Shown here: positions 26,834-45,806 of the stretch, piece after piece
Numbering within the stretch: position 1 is the stretch's first letter
Layout: every line of letters starts with the position of its first letter
Source of the DNA: Blastocystis sp. Blastoise
Taxonomy: Eukaryota > Protista > Bigyra: Opalinata
Reading direction: 5' to 3'
Assembly (NCBI GenBank): GCA_039096225.1
Contig: JBBPEB010000033.1
Location: 310,001-374,000 of the forward strand
Length of the DNA stretch: 64,000 bases
The notes under the pieces: model-generated
The model's database searches: none
What the model was told of the DNA's origin: nothing
Seen by the model: only the letters and a program-made list of their open reading frames with translations
Position numbers and translations under genes: made by a program

Positions 26834-28123
26834 TTAGAATTCATCATCAAAGGATGTATCTACAGTTTTAACATGTTTATTCTTATAGGATTCATCTACA
26901 GTGTTTTTACGTTTATTCGTATACGAATGATCATCATCATCAGCATTATCATCATTATCATTATCATCATTATTATTATCATCATTCTTTTCATTATTAC
27001 TCCCACTTAATAATAAAATACTATCTAATGAATCATAAGTAATAAATTGTTCATCAATTTCTCCTTCATATTGTCCATAACTACATTCTATATTCTCTTT
27101 ATCTGTTTCTATACATCCAGGTAAACATATAACACGCTTTCTTTTTGTTGGTATAGAAAGAGGTTCACCTTTTTTTAAAGGTTGTTTCTGTACTTGCATC
27201 CATACAATTTGATTGACTAATTCTTTATCTAAAATATTATCAGAATTCACATAATTTTGTAATTGATTATTATAACCATAAGAAGATATTAAAGTCATAG
27301 GACCATTTAGCTTTAATATAACAGAAAGAGGATCAATCTTCTTTGGTTTAAAACTCTCTGAATATATACTAGTTTCTGGAGGTTTAATAGATTGAGGTTG
27401 TATACAATATAATCGATGAAATACAAATAAAAGAAACTCACGAACCATATAGGGAATGCTTTCTTTAGCAGACATTACTTCACATTCAACTTCATATGCA
27501 ATAGGAGATCGAGATAAATCCTCGTAACGAACACTTGATTGAGTCTTTGTTAAATCTAATCGCACAAGATTTTCATACATATAAGATGTTCTCTTTCTTA
27601 AACGATAAAATACAGGTTTCTCATCTGTATCTCTTTGTTCACCTTTCGTGATACGAATACTAGATTCATCATATTTTTTTCTTAAAGATAATGGTACTTG
27701 ATTTTCTGTAGCAACTGAAACACGAAGTAAATAAGGTTCTTTATTTATAGCAAATGTCTCACTTTCCTGTTTCTGTTTTTTACTTGCTTCATAAACTTGA
27801 TAATTTCCATTTCTTTTCTTCAAAATGATACGAACATCATCAGCATATGTCATAGAAACTTCATCATCTTCACTAGGCGTGTACTCTGTTCCATGCTTAT
27901 CTTTCCATATGTTTTTTGAGGATAAATACCTATTCATACCTTGAAAGAAATGTTGACTAACACCAGGAACAAACTTATTATTCTTCATTGACCCAATTCT
28001 ACATTCTATTTCTATTGGGTTACCAATTTCTTTCCAATATGTTTTGAAATAATTATTTAATGTCGAACACAATGGAGAATTCCAGAGATCCTGTGTTGAT
28101 ATATTTTTGATTTCATACGACAT
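26834..28123 (-). CDS. Intronless CYTH/triphosphate-tunnel (Cet1-like) mRNA-capping RNA 5'-triphosphatase with C-terminal extension
   Basis: Motif A IEIECRIG, LRVSVATE, motif B RLRKRTSY, RLDLTKT, motif C YEVECE; uninterrupted 429-aa ORF. Confidence 0.85.
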   Translation of the reverse strand: MSYEIKNISTQDLWNSPLCSTLNNYFKTYWKEIGNPIEIECRIGSMKNNKFVPGVSQHFFQGMNRYLSSKNIWKDKHGTEYTPSEDDEVSMTYADDVRIILKKRNGNYQVYEASKKQKQESETFAINKEPYLLRVSVATENQVPLSLRKKYDESSIRITKGEQRDTDEKPVFYRLRKRTSYMYENLVRLDLTKTQSSVRYEDLSRSPIAYEVECEVMSAKESIPYMVREFLLFVFHRLYCIQPQSIKPPETSIYSESFKPKKIDPLSVILKLNGPMTLISSYGYNNQLQNYVNSDNILDKELVNQIVWMQVQKQPLKKGEPLSIPTKRKRVICLPGCIETDKENIECSYGQYEGEIDEQFITYDSLDSILLLSGSNNEKNDDNNNDDNDNDDNADDDDHSYTNKRKNTVDESYKNKHVKTVDTSFDDEF

Positions 28124-28232
28124 AGCTTCTATGAATATAAAAATAATTTATTTTCTTATTTATATACATTATTAGGAGTAGAAAACAAAAAGAAAAAATG
28201 AAAATTTTCATTTCTTTTTTTTAGAGAATTAA

Positions 28233-28934
28233 TAGAGAATTACCAAAAACCAGCTAAAGACAAAAATTTCTTTTTTATATATTATTGAGTATACTCTTTT
28301 TCATTTTTATTGTTATGAACAAATTTGATGCTTAAATATATCAGTAACAAAAACTAGCAATGATAAAGTGCTATATATTAAAAGAAATGTTCCATTCCTA
28401 TTTCTATCATTAAGAGATGTATTGAGTGTTTTCTTATATGTTCAGATTAAGCTTCTTTGTTATTTTAAATGATTTTTTTGCTATTGATATAGAATTGAAG
28501 AAAGTCATTTCTTATAGAATTATGAAAATACTTAATATTCTAGTATTATATATTCTTAATTTCATTGAATTGAAATACAAACAACAAAATTCTTAATAAA
28601 TAATAATTCTTAAAAAAGGATTCAGTTAAATTATTAGTCAGATTTGTATTTAATAAAACATATTATTCACTTATGAATCTAAAAATACATTTTTGAGTTT
28701 TATTATTATAGAAATCTCAACAATTCATAACAATTTGAATCAAAATTCTATTTTTTTAAAATATGGACCGTAGTTTATATACATATAGATATATGTATTT
28801 CATTGACTTTTATATTGAAATTAGGCAATAACAATAGATATAATTAAATATTTTAAGCAAAAACAAAACCGGCTAAAATTTTTAGCCGGTTTAAACCAGC
28901 TATTTAGCTTTAGCTGGTTTTTGGTAATTCTCTA
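28233..28934. mobile_element. Putative non-autonomous DNA transposon (MITE-like), 702 bp
   Basis: Perfect 27-bp inverted repeats TAGAGAATTACCAAAAACCAGCTAAAG (28233-28259) and its reverse complement (28908-28934); outer TA may be the target-site duplication; subterminal hairpins; no ORF inside. Confidence 0.7.
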
Positions 28935-29133
28935 GTCATTTTTTAAAATTTTTATTCTATTTTATAAGCGATTTTTAATATTTATTTTTTTTTTGGACAA
29001 AAAAAACAATAAGAATAACATAATACATTATATAATTATTATACAATATATCTACATCATCATACATATTCATTTATCAGACAAAAAGGAAAAGAACTTA
29101 AAAAGAGAAAAATAAAATCACTTTATGAATAAT

Positions 29134-29921
29134 TTAACTAACTTGATTTTGAACATCATCAATATCTTTGATTTGATCCAAATAAGGAAGGAATAGTGAT
29201 GAAAATGCACTACATTCAGATCCAGATAACTTTCCTAAATTAATAAAATTAGGTGACGATTCATTACTAACAACTTCTTGACAACTTTTCTTTATACCCT
29301 CTTTAAATTTTGATTTTCGAATCTTTTCTATATGATCATAAATACTATGAACTTCTAAATCATCTTTACAACTATATAAATAATAAATAATCTCAAATAT
29401 TTATAGCTTAGTAAAGATAATAAAATAAAAATAAACTTTAATTCATATATATATAATTGTAATAAAAAAATACACTTCAAATAATAAGGATGCAATCTCT
29501 CTGTAATGAAAAGGTAGATCTGTATAAAAATCATTTTCTTTTTCTTCAGCTAATATTTCCTTTAATTTGTCTAAAAATATAGAAAAATAATATAAACTAT
29601 TAGTATAATAGAGTCAATGAATCATGTAGGTATGATATAATTTAGAATTTTAAGAAGAATAATTGAAAAAAAAAATGAAAACTAATCAATATAGAGTATA
29701 CTTAGTGTAAGCCACTCAGGCATTATGATATCACACTTCTTCTTTTTCTTTAAAACTATTGCAAGCCATAAAGGAACTTCTATGTATTCCATAGGTTCGA
29801 ATGGACCATACTCACCTGAGAAAAAACTTAATGAAGCTGCTCTAAAATTTGGTAATATTCTAACGAGAGTGTCTTCAGCTTCAAATTCAAACTCTTCGCC
29901 TGATAAATGACTTAATTCCAT
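29134..29921 (-). CDS. PSF2: GINS complex subunit Psf2 (3 exons)
   Basis: EFEAEDTLVRILPNF, GPFEP, VPLWLAIVLKKKKKCDIIMPEWL, DLPFHYREIA. Confidence 0.95.
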
Positions 29922-30220
29922 CTATTTTATTCTGTAAAGGAGGGTGATATAGAAATCAGTAATATTGTATATGAACAATCAGGATAATCGTTCCAGAGAA
30001 ATTAACAAATTAATCAAATATAAGAAAAAGGTGGGAAAATCAGAATTCTCAATACGAAAATCGAAATTCTCAAAAAAAAAATAAAAAAAAAATCGACTTT
30101 TTTCTCTCAATAATATTCAGTTTAAACTGATTCCTGTTGAATTTTTAACCCCTCAAATTCGTTGTCAATACTTTTAAAACTAATTAATAGTCTATTCTTT
30201 CCTATTACATTCTTAGAAAC

Positions 30221-35435
<5,215 letters not shown>

Positions 35436-35839
35436 AAACTATATATATCTATTCATATATATATACCATATTTATTCCTATATATACTTTTATTATTCAT
35501 TTTTTTTTCAAATTTTTTGGGGTGTTTTGTCTCTTATTTGTTTTTTTTTCTTAGTTTTATTTATTATTGTTATATATTCATTTGTTTTGTTTATATTGTA
35601 TATATATAACTTGTATGATTAAAAAAACGTTCTTTCACTTTATTATAATAAATTCATATAAATACTAACGAAATACATACATAGTTTAGAATATATTTAT
35701 ATATAGCAAATGAATAATACAAAGTAAATTGAGTAAATTATATATATAAATATATTTCAATATAAAATATAATAAATAAATATATTTTTTGAACATAATA
35801 ACATAAAGCCCTGAAAAACAATTAGGAATATAATTTCAT

Positions 35840-36122
35840 TTAAACTTGAGGTTGACCAGTCAAATGAATAGGATCGGAATAGTATTTCACTGCGTCATTA
35901 TAATATTCATATACATAAGAAACTCTTCCTGTATAAACCCCTGGTGCGTCAACGGTGAATACAATAGATACAGATTTCGATTGATTGGAGGTCATAGTTG
36001 TCCAGTAGAGAATAAGATCTGTGCCACGTATTTCCCAAGAGGTGATGGATTCAGACGCAGTCAGACGATTTAAGCTTTCTAAATTCAAAGTCATATCAGC
36101 AGGAAGACCAATCTATATATAG

Positions 36123-36171
<49 letters not shown>

Positions 36172-36534
36172 TATACATATATATATACATATATATATAA
36201 ATTATAATAATAATAATAAATATATATATACAACTGCAACAACCATGCCAAGAGAATGATCGAATTGATTGGCTACTGTTAGAGATAGTGTTCCGATAGA
36301 TCCTTCATTAAGAATGAAATTTGTGTTTTCAAAAGTGAGTTTAACGGGATACTGTTCCGGATTTGGAGGATTTTTACGGGAATAAGATATAGTTAAATAA
36401 GTATATGCCTCCTTGACAGGTGATCCAGATAGACCAATAAGAATATCGTATTTCCCCGCGGTTTTCAGGATAGATTGAAGAGTAGGAAGAGACTCATCAA
36501 GAATAGAAACACGGCGATTATCAATATAAATAGA

Positions 36535-36593
<59 letters not shown>

Positions 36594-36655
36594 AACGTGA
36601 TCCACAATATTATTCTTTTCATCGTGAACATCAATTGATACTCTCTATATATATA

Positions 36656-36716
<61 letters not shown>

Positions 36717-37694
36717 TCTAGATGTAGTATATCCAGTGGTGCGCGTCATCTCTATAAATAGAGAGAGAGAAAGAATAGTACCTTGAGTCGTACCAAATCT
36801 ACCATCTTCACTTTGTTTTAAGAGCCAATTAATTCCATTTTGAAGTGTTTCACTTACTTCCTGAGATTTGTGTTCCATACTGTTATACTTTGCGAAACAC
36901 AATAATGTTAATGCCGTTGTTTCAATTACTAATCCATTTCCTCTTGAACCAGTGATAGAGTCAGTTCCACCCGTTATAAATCCCTCTTCCGTTTGTTTCT
37001 GTTTCAATGCCGTTATAAGTTGTTCGATGACGTTTGTTTCATTAACATTAATAGCAGTAAGACAAGCGAGTGCTTGTATATAAGTAGAAGTAGAATTAGA
37101 AGAAGAAGAAGAAAATAAGAGAGACATTTCCGGAGATAAAGACTATTATATATATATATTATATATTATATATTATATATTATATATTATTGTATTTAAT
37201 ATATAGATATAATTATTATATATTATTCTAATAGTATACAGAAGCATATTTAGTTTGAGAGAGAGTATAGGTAATATAAGCAGCTTGAGTAGCAAGAGAA
37301 GAATGAGAAATAGAATCAATACCTCCAGATTGTAATATATATGTACCATTACTAGTTCTTAAAGAATTCAAATAGTTTTCAGTTCGTTGAATTACGTCGT
37401 TTAGTAAGTCGACATATTTAGAAGATAACTATATATATAATAATAATAATAATATATAATAAAATATATAATAATAATATCTCAGATAATACTAATATAT
37501 ATATATATATATACATATTGTTGTATATGTTTAGCGGTATAAAACTCTTGTAAGCCGTACGCAGAAAGCGCGGGATGAGAAGGAGGGTGACCAAACCATT
37601 CAAATCCTATATATATATATATATATATAATTAATCATAAATATATATATACCTCCAGTTTCTTTGATTTCATAAGAAAATAAACGATCTAGAC

Positions 37695-37747
<53 letters not shown>

Positions 37748-38658
37748 TTATTCCTATATACCCCTTTTCAATATAACTGATAATCGTGGTTTTTTCATCA
37801 TCTTTTAAAATATTTGTTTTTGTCGATTCATATTCTTCACTTTCCCGCGGTTTATTGCTATCAATTGTTAATACACTTAACATAGGGAACACAGAAGAAG
37901 ATGTCTATATATATATATATATATATATATTAGTAAAATAATAGATAATAATAAATAACAGTTTTATATATATATAAGTATAAATAAGAAATGATAATAA
38001 ATAAATAAATAACAGTTATATATATATATATACCTGTTCAAAGCATCCAAAGGGTTCATGAATAAGGCCGCTGAGCGCGGGAGCGATTGGCGCCAATAGA
38101 TTCGTATAGAGAGTATAATGGAGGGAAAGAGAACCGGGAACTATATCTTCAGGAATGACGAATGAGTATGTCATTTCACCGGGGATTGAAACGGTGGCGG
38201 GAACAGTTAATTTGGCGGGAAATCCAACTAGAAACAATAATAGATAAATAATATATATAGGAATGAAAGAGAAAAAACAATGTTAAACATATATATATAT
38301 ATATATACCACTATGTATTTGAATTGTGTTCCTAGCTGCGTCATAGCCATCGTCACCTTCATAAACAAGAGATACAACAGATTCATATGATTTCCCGCGG
38401 GGAATAGAGGATTCAGGTGGATAATCAGAGACACAGAAGAAGCATTGTGGAGTGGGAATACGCGGCTGAATCAGCGGTGAATGAGGTTCAGCACTATCTG
38501 AATCAGGCTGATTTTCTTGAGAGGTCTCCGAGATTACGGGATTAAATAGAACTAATTGTCGTTTTTGTGTTCCTTGCATTTCTATTGGATAATAACTAGC
38601 GTACGGTGTCACGTGACTGTTGATATGAACATTGAGTCCGCCATGAGTCTATAGAAGG

Positions 38659-38741
<83 letters not shown>

Positions 38742-41741
38742 TAGCATTCACTTTCTTATGAATAACCACGGGGAATTGGATTTGATCTTCATTATTATAA
38801 TCTTCTTTAAGGTATATATTCATATATACATCTTTTTGGACCTTGAAATACTTTTCTATATGAAGGAAATGTCCACGATTTGTATAAATATCCGCGGAAA
38901 TACGATTCTCACCAAGAAGATCACTAGTCATAAAAGTATAAGTGAAAGCGTGGGAAGGATAGAGGGATTGCCCGGGAAGATAAAGGAGTGTAGAACTATA
39001 GAGTTGTCGATAACCGCGGGACTCAAATGGATACAAAAATGAATAAAGTGGTGCACTCTTTTTGATATGAATTTCCTGTGTTTGACTCATAGACATATTC
39101 ATGAATAATTTAGTAAACATTGCATTGTATGGTTCTTGACGTAGATGCGATGACGCAGCAGTAGTCTCAACAGCACTCCCCAGTGACGCAGTCTCCATCA
39201 TCGGCATCATCAGATTATCAGCTACTGCTTGATCTTCGACTCTATCTACAGCATCAAATGCACGGGCTCTCATCATCTTGGCATTTCTCAAAGGGAAACG
39301 ATTCATATAATCAAATACATGTTCTCTTTTTATTATACCAGCGAATTGAGTGATTTGTTCCTCAGTAAGTCCCTTATTTTGAAGGAATTCTTTAATGATT
39401 TTGTTTTCGACGAAACTCTTTAATCTCCATTGCTGTATATATAGAAGAAGAGAGAGACGTTTGTTGGAGGCAGAAGAATCATCCTGTAATTGTCTGTAGG
39501 ACTTCACATGGAGTAATTCGCCTTGAAAATACACTAATTCATCCATATTCAGAGGGATTTCAGTCTCGCTGAATAATTCTGAATTCGTCACAGTAATAGT
39601 AGCATAAAGTTTTTCATTAACAAAATCGAAATAATTAGCATCGTTTTTGGCAGGGAAAACCATAAGAGAAAAAGAGGCGTTTACACCATTGGGGATAACC
39701 GCGGGAATTATAAGAGAAGCTTCTAGTGGTTTAGGTGGATGATTAAAGAAGAGGATTTCCGCGGTTATATTAGTAGCTGGTTCAGTTTGAAAGGGAAGAG
39801 ACACATATAAAGAAAGGACCTATATATATATATAATATATATATTATTGAATATCTATAATCAATAAAACCTATATATATATATATATATATATACACCA
39901 TAGAATCCTTGAATATTAATCGCGGGGATTTCAAAAGAATGAATATATACATTATTTTCTAATTCGACATTATTTGTATATGTATATACAATTGTATTCA
40001 AACGATAAATTGTAATAGTAAGTGGTCCTGGTTGATTTGTTGTTTTTCCCGCGGTAATTGTGCCTTTAATAATATCTGTGGAATGTATAATATTAGAATC
40101 GAGTGAAACCAGTAAACAGCTATTTGAATAGGAACTATATATATATATGTAGTTATATATAATCATATATAATTATATATAGTTATAAATAATCAAATAT
40201 AATTTGATATAATCATATAAACTAAAAAATAACTATATACAATAATATATGATTATATATATATAGATAATAATATACTAATAATGAAAATAAAATAGTT
40301 AATATTATAGAAACATACTAATCTGTTTGTTGCATTTGAAATTTCTTTTCGATTCCATCTTTAGTAACAGTAATATACGTATTCCCAGGGTTATTTGATG
40401 TAAATGAAGCGAGACCGTCTTTATTTGTAGAGTGCGTCATCACTTCATCACCATCATGGAAAGTAAGAGGAACACTGGCTGCTTCCCCGCGGGAATTATG
40501 AGCATAAGCAATACTAGATTATATGGATTCTTCTATGTGTACATAGCTAAGAGTATATATATATACATGGTTTGTTTATAGTTTTCGAGGAGGCAATCGC
40601 TTTCAGGATATAAATCAACAAGAATATCATTAGATAATTGAGGAATAACCACGGGAATAGTCACTTTCTCATTGAGTTCCGATAAAACGACATGAATCGG
40701 AACTCCTCCTTGTGAGGGATCAGCACGTGCAAAGAAGTTCTCAGAAAGAGGGACTTGAATAGATCGTGTTCCAGTAGGTATTTGATATTCTTCATTGCTA
40801 ATAGAATCATTTATATCATAAATAGAGAATCGAATGTTATCCAAATCCTTCTCGAAATTTCTTAATATATGTATAGTCATATTGACGCTATCCCCTTGGG
40901 AATATCCTGTTTTATCTAAGGTTACCTATATATATATATTATATATAATTCTTTATTATTATTATATATTATATATTATTATATGCTATTATATAAACTA
41001 TTATATATATATACATCAGCCATGAGTCCTTTATTCTTTTGATTAATCACGGTTATATTGGTAGTAGTCTTAAAAGAGTATATAGAAGCGGATAAATGAT
41101 ATACACCCTCAGATATACTTTTTGTTTTAAAAATGACATGAGCCGTTGAGTTAATTAATTGTGTTCTGTACGAGTCAACGGTAACATCCATTGATGAAGA
41201 AAGAGTAAAAGTAACATCTATATATATAATAATAAATAATAAATAATATATATATATATATTTCTATCTATAAGATTATATATACATCTTTGATTTATAG
41301 TATCTTCAATCATCGAATAATTATATGCATTTAATAAATAATATGTAGCAAATCTATATATATATATATAGAATAAAAATAAAAATATAAATATTTAGAA
41401 TAGAAAAAATAATATAAATATTTAGAATAGAAAAAATATAAATACATAGAATAAAAAAATAATATATATATATACATATAATCACGTGGTTTATATAACG
41501 TTTTATCTGTAATAATAAAACTTCTAAATAAATCTAAATATATAAAATATATAAAATATTATTTCAAATACTTTTATTATTCATTGTTTCTAGGTCATTA
41601 CTATATATAACGATTCAATAGAATAAAAATATGTTTTTATAATATATATATAAACTCAAAATTATGGATTATAGAGATCTTTGAATGATTATTCACTTCA
41701 TTATCATTATCATCATTTATCGGTTTATTAACCTGATTCAT
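35840..41741 (-). CDS. Alpha-2-macroglobulin-like thioester-containing protein (about 18 exons; 5' end uncertain, possibly to about 41996)
   Basis: MG2 motif ITDKTLYKP; thioester EPFGCFEQ|TSS (GCFEQ at 38034-38048); GGFEWFG...[12 protein letters not shown]; IETTAL; [11 protein letters not shown]; receptor-binding-like MVAVIGLP...LILYW...APGVYTG...YEYY. Confidence 0.88.
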
Positions 41742-42880
41742 GTTCTTGTTTCTTTGGAAGTAGTTGAATCTGTCTACGTATACATATATATGATTAATTA
41801 CAATACTCACGAACACGAGCAAAATATCAAAAGAAAAACTTTAAAATAAATAAAATACCACTTCTAGTACGTGTCTTAGGAGGATCTGGTGTATAAGTTT
41901 CTTTTTTACTAAAGATTTGGTAGAGATAAAATGATAATATTAAAAATACATTTTAGTAGGATGGACAATATTTTTAGGTTCATTCAGAACTTGCATTTGC
42001 TCAATGACTCTCTTACAATCGAAAAAAATAAGAACACTCATGACCAATAGGATGACCATAAGTTTTTTATTTGCATATCTAAATAAAGATTTGTCAACTA
42101 CATAGCCTTTTATCAATAATTAAATGTACCTTTGTGTGAGTTCAATCATGATTGTTTTAATAATAAGATAAATATCTTTATAAAAGAAGTCGTTTTTCTT
42201 TCCTGAAAGTTACTTGTTTTTAAAACAACAAATAGTTTTATTTCTTTCAGCTTAGAATGTTGTTATTTAATTTGTGTTAATGACATTCTCAAAGCATATA
42301 GAACTGAATACTCAAAATTTCTTTCTTACATAATAGTTGATGTGACGTCATTGAATCAGTGAATACTAAATAAAAAGAGTATATGGATGTATCTTATTTT
42401 ATTATTCTATTTGATCTAGAGAATCAATGAAAAACTATAGCCAAATAAATATAAATACAATTAAAGAAACAAGAAAATAATAAAATAAGTGTATTATACA
42501 ACAGTACTATTTTAGAACTAACTAATTTCTTGAATAAGTATACATAATAATGAGTATAATATATGTCAGTAGTAAATATATATATATAATGAATGTATAT
42601 ATATATATAACAGTAAAATATTTATACAAAAAAAAAGAGAGTAGAACAAAATATATATAAAAATATAACATTTAAAAATAATAATGGGAATATAGTATAA
42701 AAAAAAAGAATATGAAATAGAAGTATAGTAATGACAGATCCGATTTCATTTCTATAATAAAATAAGAAAACTACCATATAACGGATACATAGAAGAAAAG
42801 GTGATATATAAAGATATTTATATTGAATATAAGAATAGTAATAAAATAATACTTATTTTATTTACTATTAGTTGTACTGC

Positions 42881-44382
42881 TTAATCGACTTTGAGAGAAC
42901 TATAGATTTGTCTGACAAACCAGAAATCAGTATAGAAACCAATGGTACCGAAAGTTAAAAAGACAAATATACAGAGAATAAGCATAAGGAATAAATAAAG
43001 AACCACTATATATATATATATTAGAATTCATCGAGTTGAGATATTTATAAAAAAATAATAATAATAATTTTTATAATAAAGATAAATTACAAAAAATAAT
43101 AATAATAACTTTTATAATAAAAATAAATTAAAAAAATAATAATAATAATTTTTATAATAAAGATAAATTAAAATAATAATAATAATAACTTTTATAATAA
43201 AGATAAATTTTAAAAATAATAATAATAATTTTTATAATAAATATAATATATATATACCAGAAACAGTAGAAGCCATATTAAGTTTGTCAACAAGGTAATA
43301 AATAGAGAAGATAAAGAAATAAATAGCACTAGATCCTGTAGAATAAATAGAAGTCCACCACCAATTGTAGTCTTCACTAGCAAGTTGGAAATAGCAAATA
43401 ACAATAGATATTTCAGCAGTAGTCACAAAAGTAATGGCAATAACAGCTAATAAGAATCCAAACATAACATAGGTTTGATGTAAGAATACAGAAGACATCA
43501 TTAAATAGAGTTCTAAGAATATCGTACCAAAAGGAACACTTCCTCCAACTAATATTTTAACCCAAGTACTTAAATACCAAGGAGTAGGAGGGATTTGACG
43601 AGGAATGTGATTGACACGAGTAGGAATAGCATAAGGCTCTTTACTATATCCAAAGAATGAGCCAAGATATACTAAAGGAAGAGAAATACCAAACCATAAA
43701 GCAAGAAGAGTTAAGATAGTAGCTAGAGAAATAGATAGATAGATAGATAGAATCATTATGATATAATTATATATATATATATATAAAGAATAAGATACTA
43801 GTTTATACTATATTATTCTATACAATAAATAAAAGAATATATATAAATATATACAGAAATGGATGAATTGAGTAGAATCAGTGGCATACCATAATCCATT
43901 CATAAGGAGGATAATAAGACCCACAATACCAGGGAAAAGAAGACCTGATTCAAAGGTTACTAACTTACGCTGTTTACCCTTAAAGAAATTATACCTATAT
44001 ATATATTATTATTATTATGTTTATTTTTGTAGGTAAAAAAAATTTAAAATAAAAATGAATATTTTATTATTATACTAATTCTATAATAATAAATAAATAA
44101 TTATATATATATATACATTCTAGAGGAGCTATATCCCGAGACATATCCTAAGGCAATGAATATAAAGAGAGTAGCCGTAAGAATATCTCCACGATGACTA
44201 GGATTTAAGAAGCCAATAGATACACCAAGGCATACACATATAACTGTCCAGAATATCTGAGCTCCACTACCGACAACAATAGAGAATAATTGAGCATAGC
44301 AGGGTTTTCTAAATACATCACCATGAATAAGTTTCCATCCACCCTCTTCAATTGCTTCTTCTCTTTCTTCTTGGGACTATAG

Positions 44383-44480
<98 letters not shown>

Positions 44481-44847
44481 GAGTTATAACGAGTAATATC
44501 TCTGGCGAGTGTTCTCATAATAATAATAGCAACAATAGTCTATATATAAATAATAATAATACTATATACTATATACTATATAATACTATATATATACACT
44601 TAAGAAGATGACCATGAATAAAGAGTTAGCAAGAGAGAACCAATGGACACCAGCTTTATTAGAACCATATAAATATAAATCCCAACGGGAACCCCAAACA
44701 GTAGTAGACTCCTTAAAGGTAACATCATAAGTATAATAAATAGTCTCACCAGATTCAACAGTCTATATATATATATATATAATTATTGAATAAATTATAT
44801 AAAAATAGTATATTGTGAATTATAAACAAATAAAAATAATATTTAAA

Positions 44848-44896
<49 letters not shown>

Positions 44897-45806
44897 TATA
44901 TACTTGGCAATCATTAGAATTTTTATTATCACTTTCAATTTGATTATTACGTTCAACATAGTGAATAGAAGAAGGATTAGCTTGGAAACCAACTATATGA
45001 GCCACGCCATTCTTAGCAGGGTGATAATCAACAGCAAAGGATATCTAAAGTAACATATATATTAATATAAAGTATAATAATTTATAAAAAAAAATAATAA
45101 AAATAATAATAAAAAAATAATAATAAAAATAATAATAATAAATAATAAAAATAATAAACATATAAAAAATAATAATAAAAAAATAATAAACACAAATAAA
45201 ACATACATGATTGAAAACACAGATTTTGTCTGTATCACTATTCACATAACCAATAGGATGAGAGTCTTCGAAATGATAATCATCAGTATCATCAGAATGA
45301 TATACAACAGTAGCAGCAGGGAAATCATCAATAAGCCTATATATATTATTATTATTAAACCATTATTGTAATACAACTATTATAATACATTAAATATCAT
45401 TTTTAAAAAAAATCACTACTATTTTAAAATAATAATAAACATACCATTGAACATTATATTCTTCTTGAATATGTTGTTTGTAATCAGTACTTTCAGCATC
45501 AGTTAACACTTTTTTACAAGTAACAATAGGCTTTTCTTCGTTCTTATACATAGTAAAGGCGAAAGGAGTGTTAGAGACTTCAGAACCACTTAAAATAGAA
45601 CCAAGATTACTTGTAGTAGTTGTGATGACTTCAGGCTTACAAACAGGTAAAGAATAATAATCAATAGGAATTTGGGTTCTCGCAGAGAAGACAGCATTTA
45701 CAAAAACAGTGATAGAATCATTCTCTTTGTAATCAGTGACTTTCCATAAGTTAATGGCAAAAGCTTGATAGCAGAATAATAAAAATACAATGTAAATAAA
45801 CTTCAT
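42881..45806 (-). CDS. TM9SF: Nonaspanin / endomembrane protein 70 (TM9SF2/4-like), 9 exons
   Basis: Signal peptide, WGSRWDLYL, HWFSLANS, GWKLIHGDVFR, PTRVNHIPRQIP, EDYNWWW, C-terminal KVD* retention motif. Confidence 0.95.
43045..43250. repeat. Intronic minisatellite, unit of about 40 bp, about 5 copies
   Basis: AAAATAATAATAATAA(T/C)TTTTATAATAAAAGATAAATT repeated in the last TM9SF intron. Confidence 0.8.
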
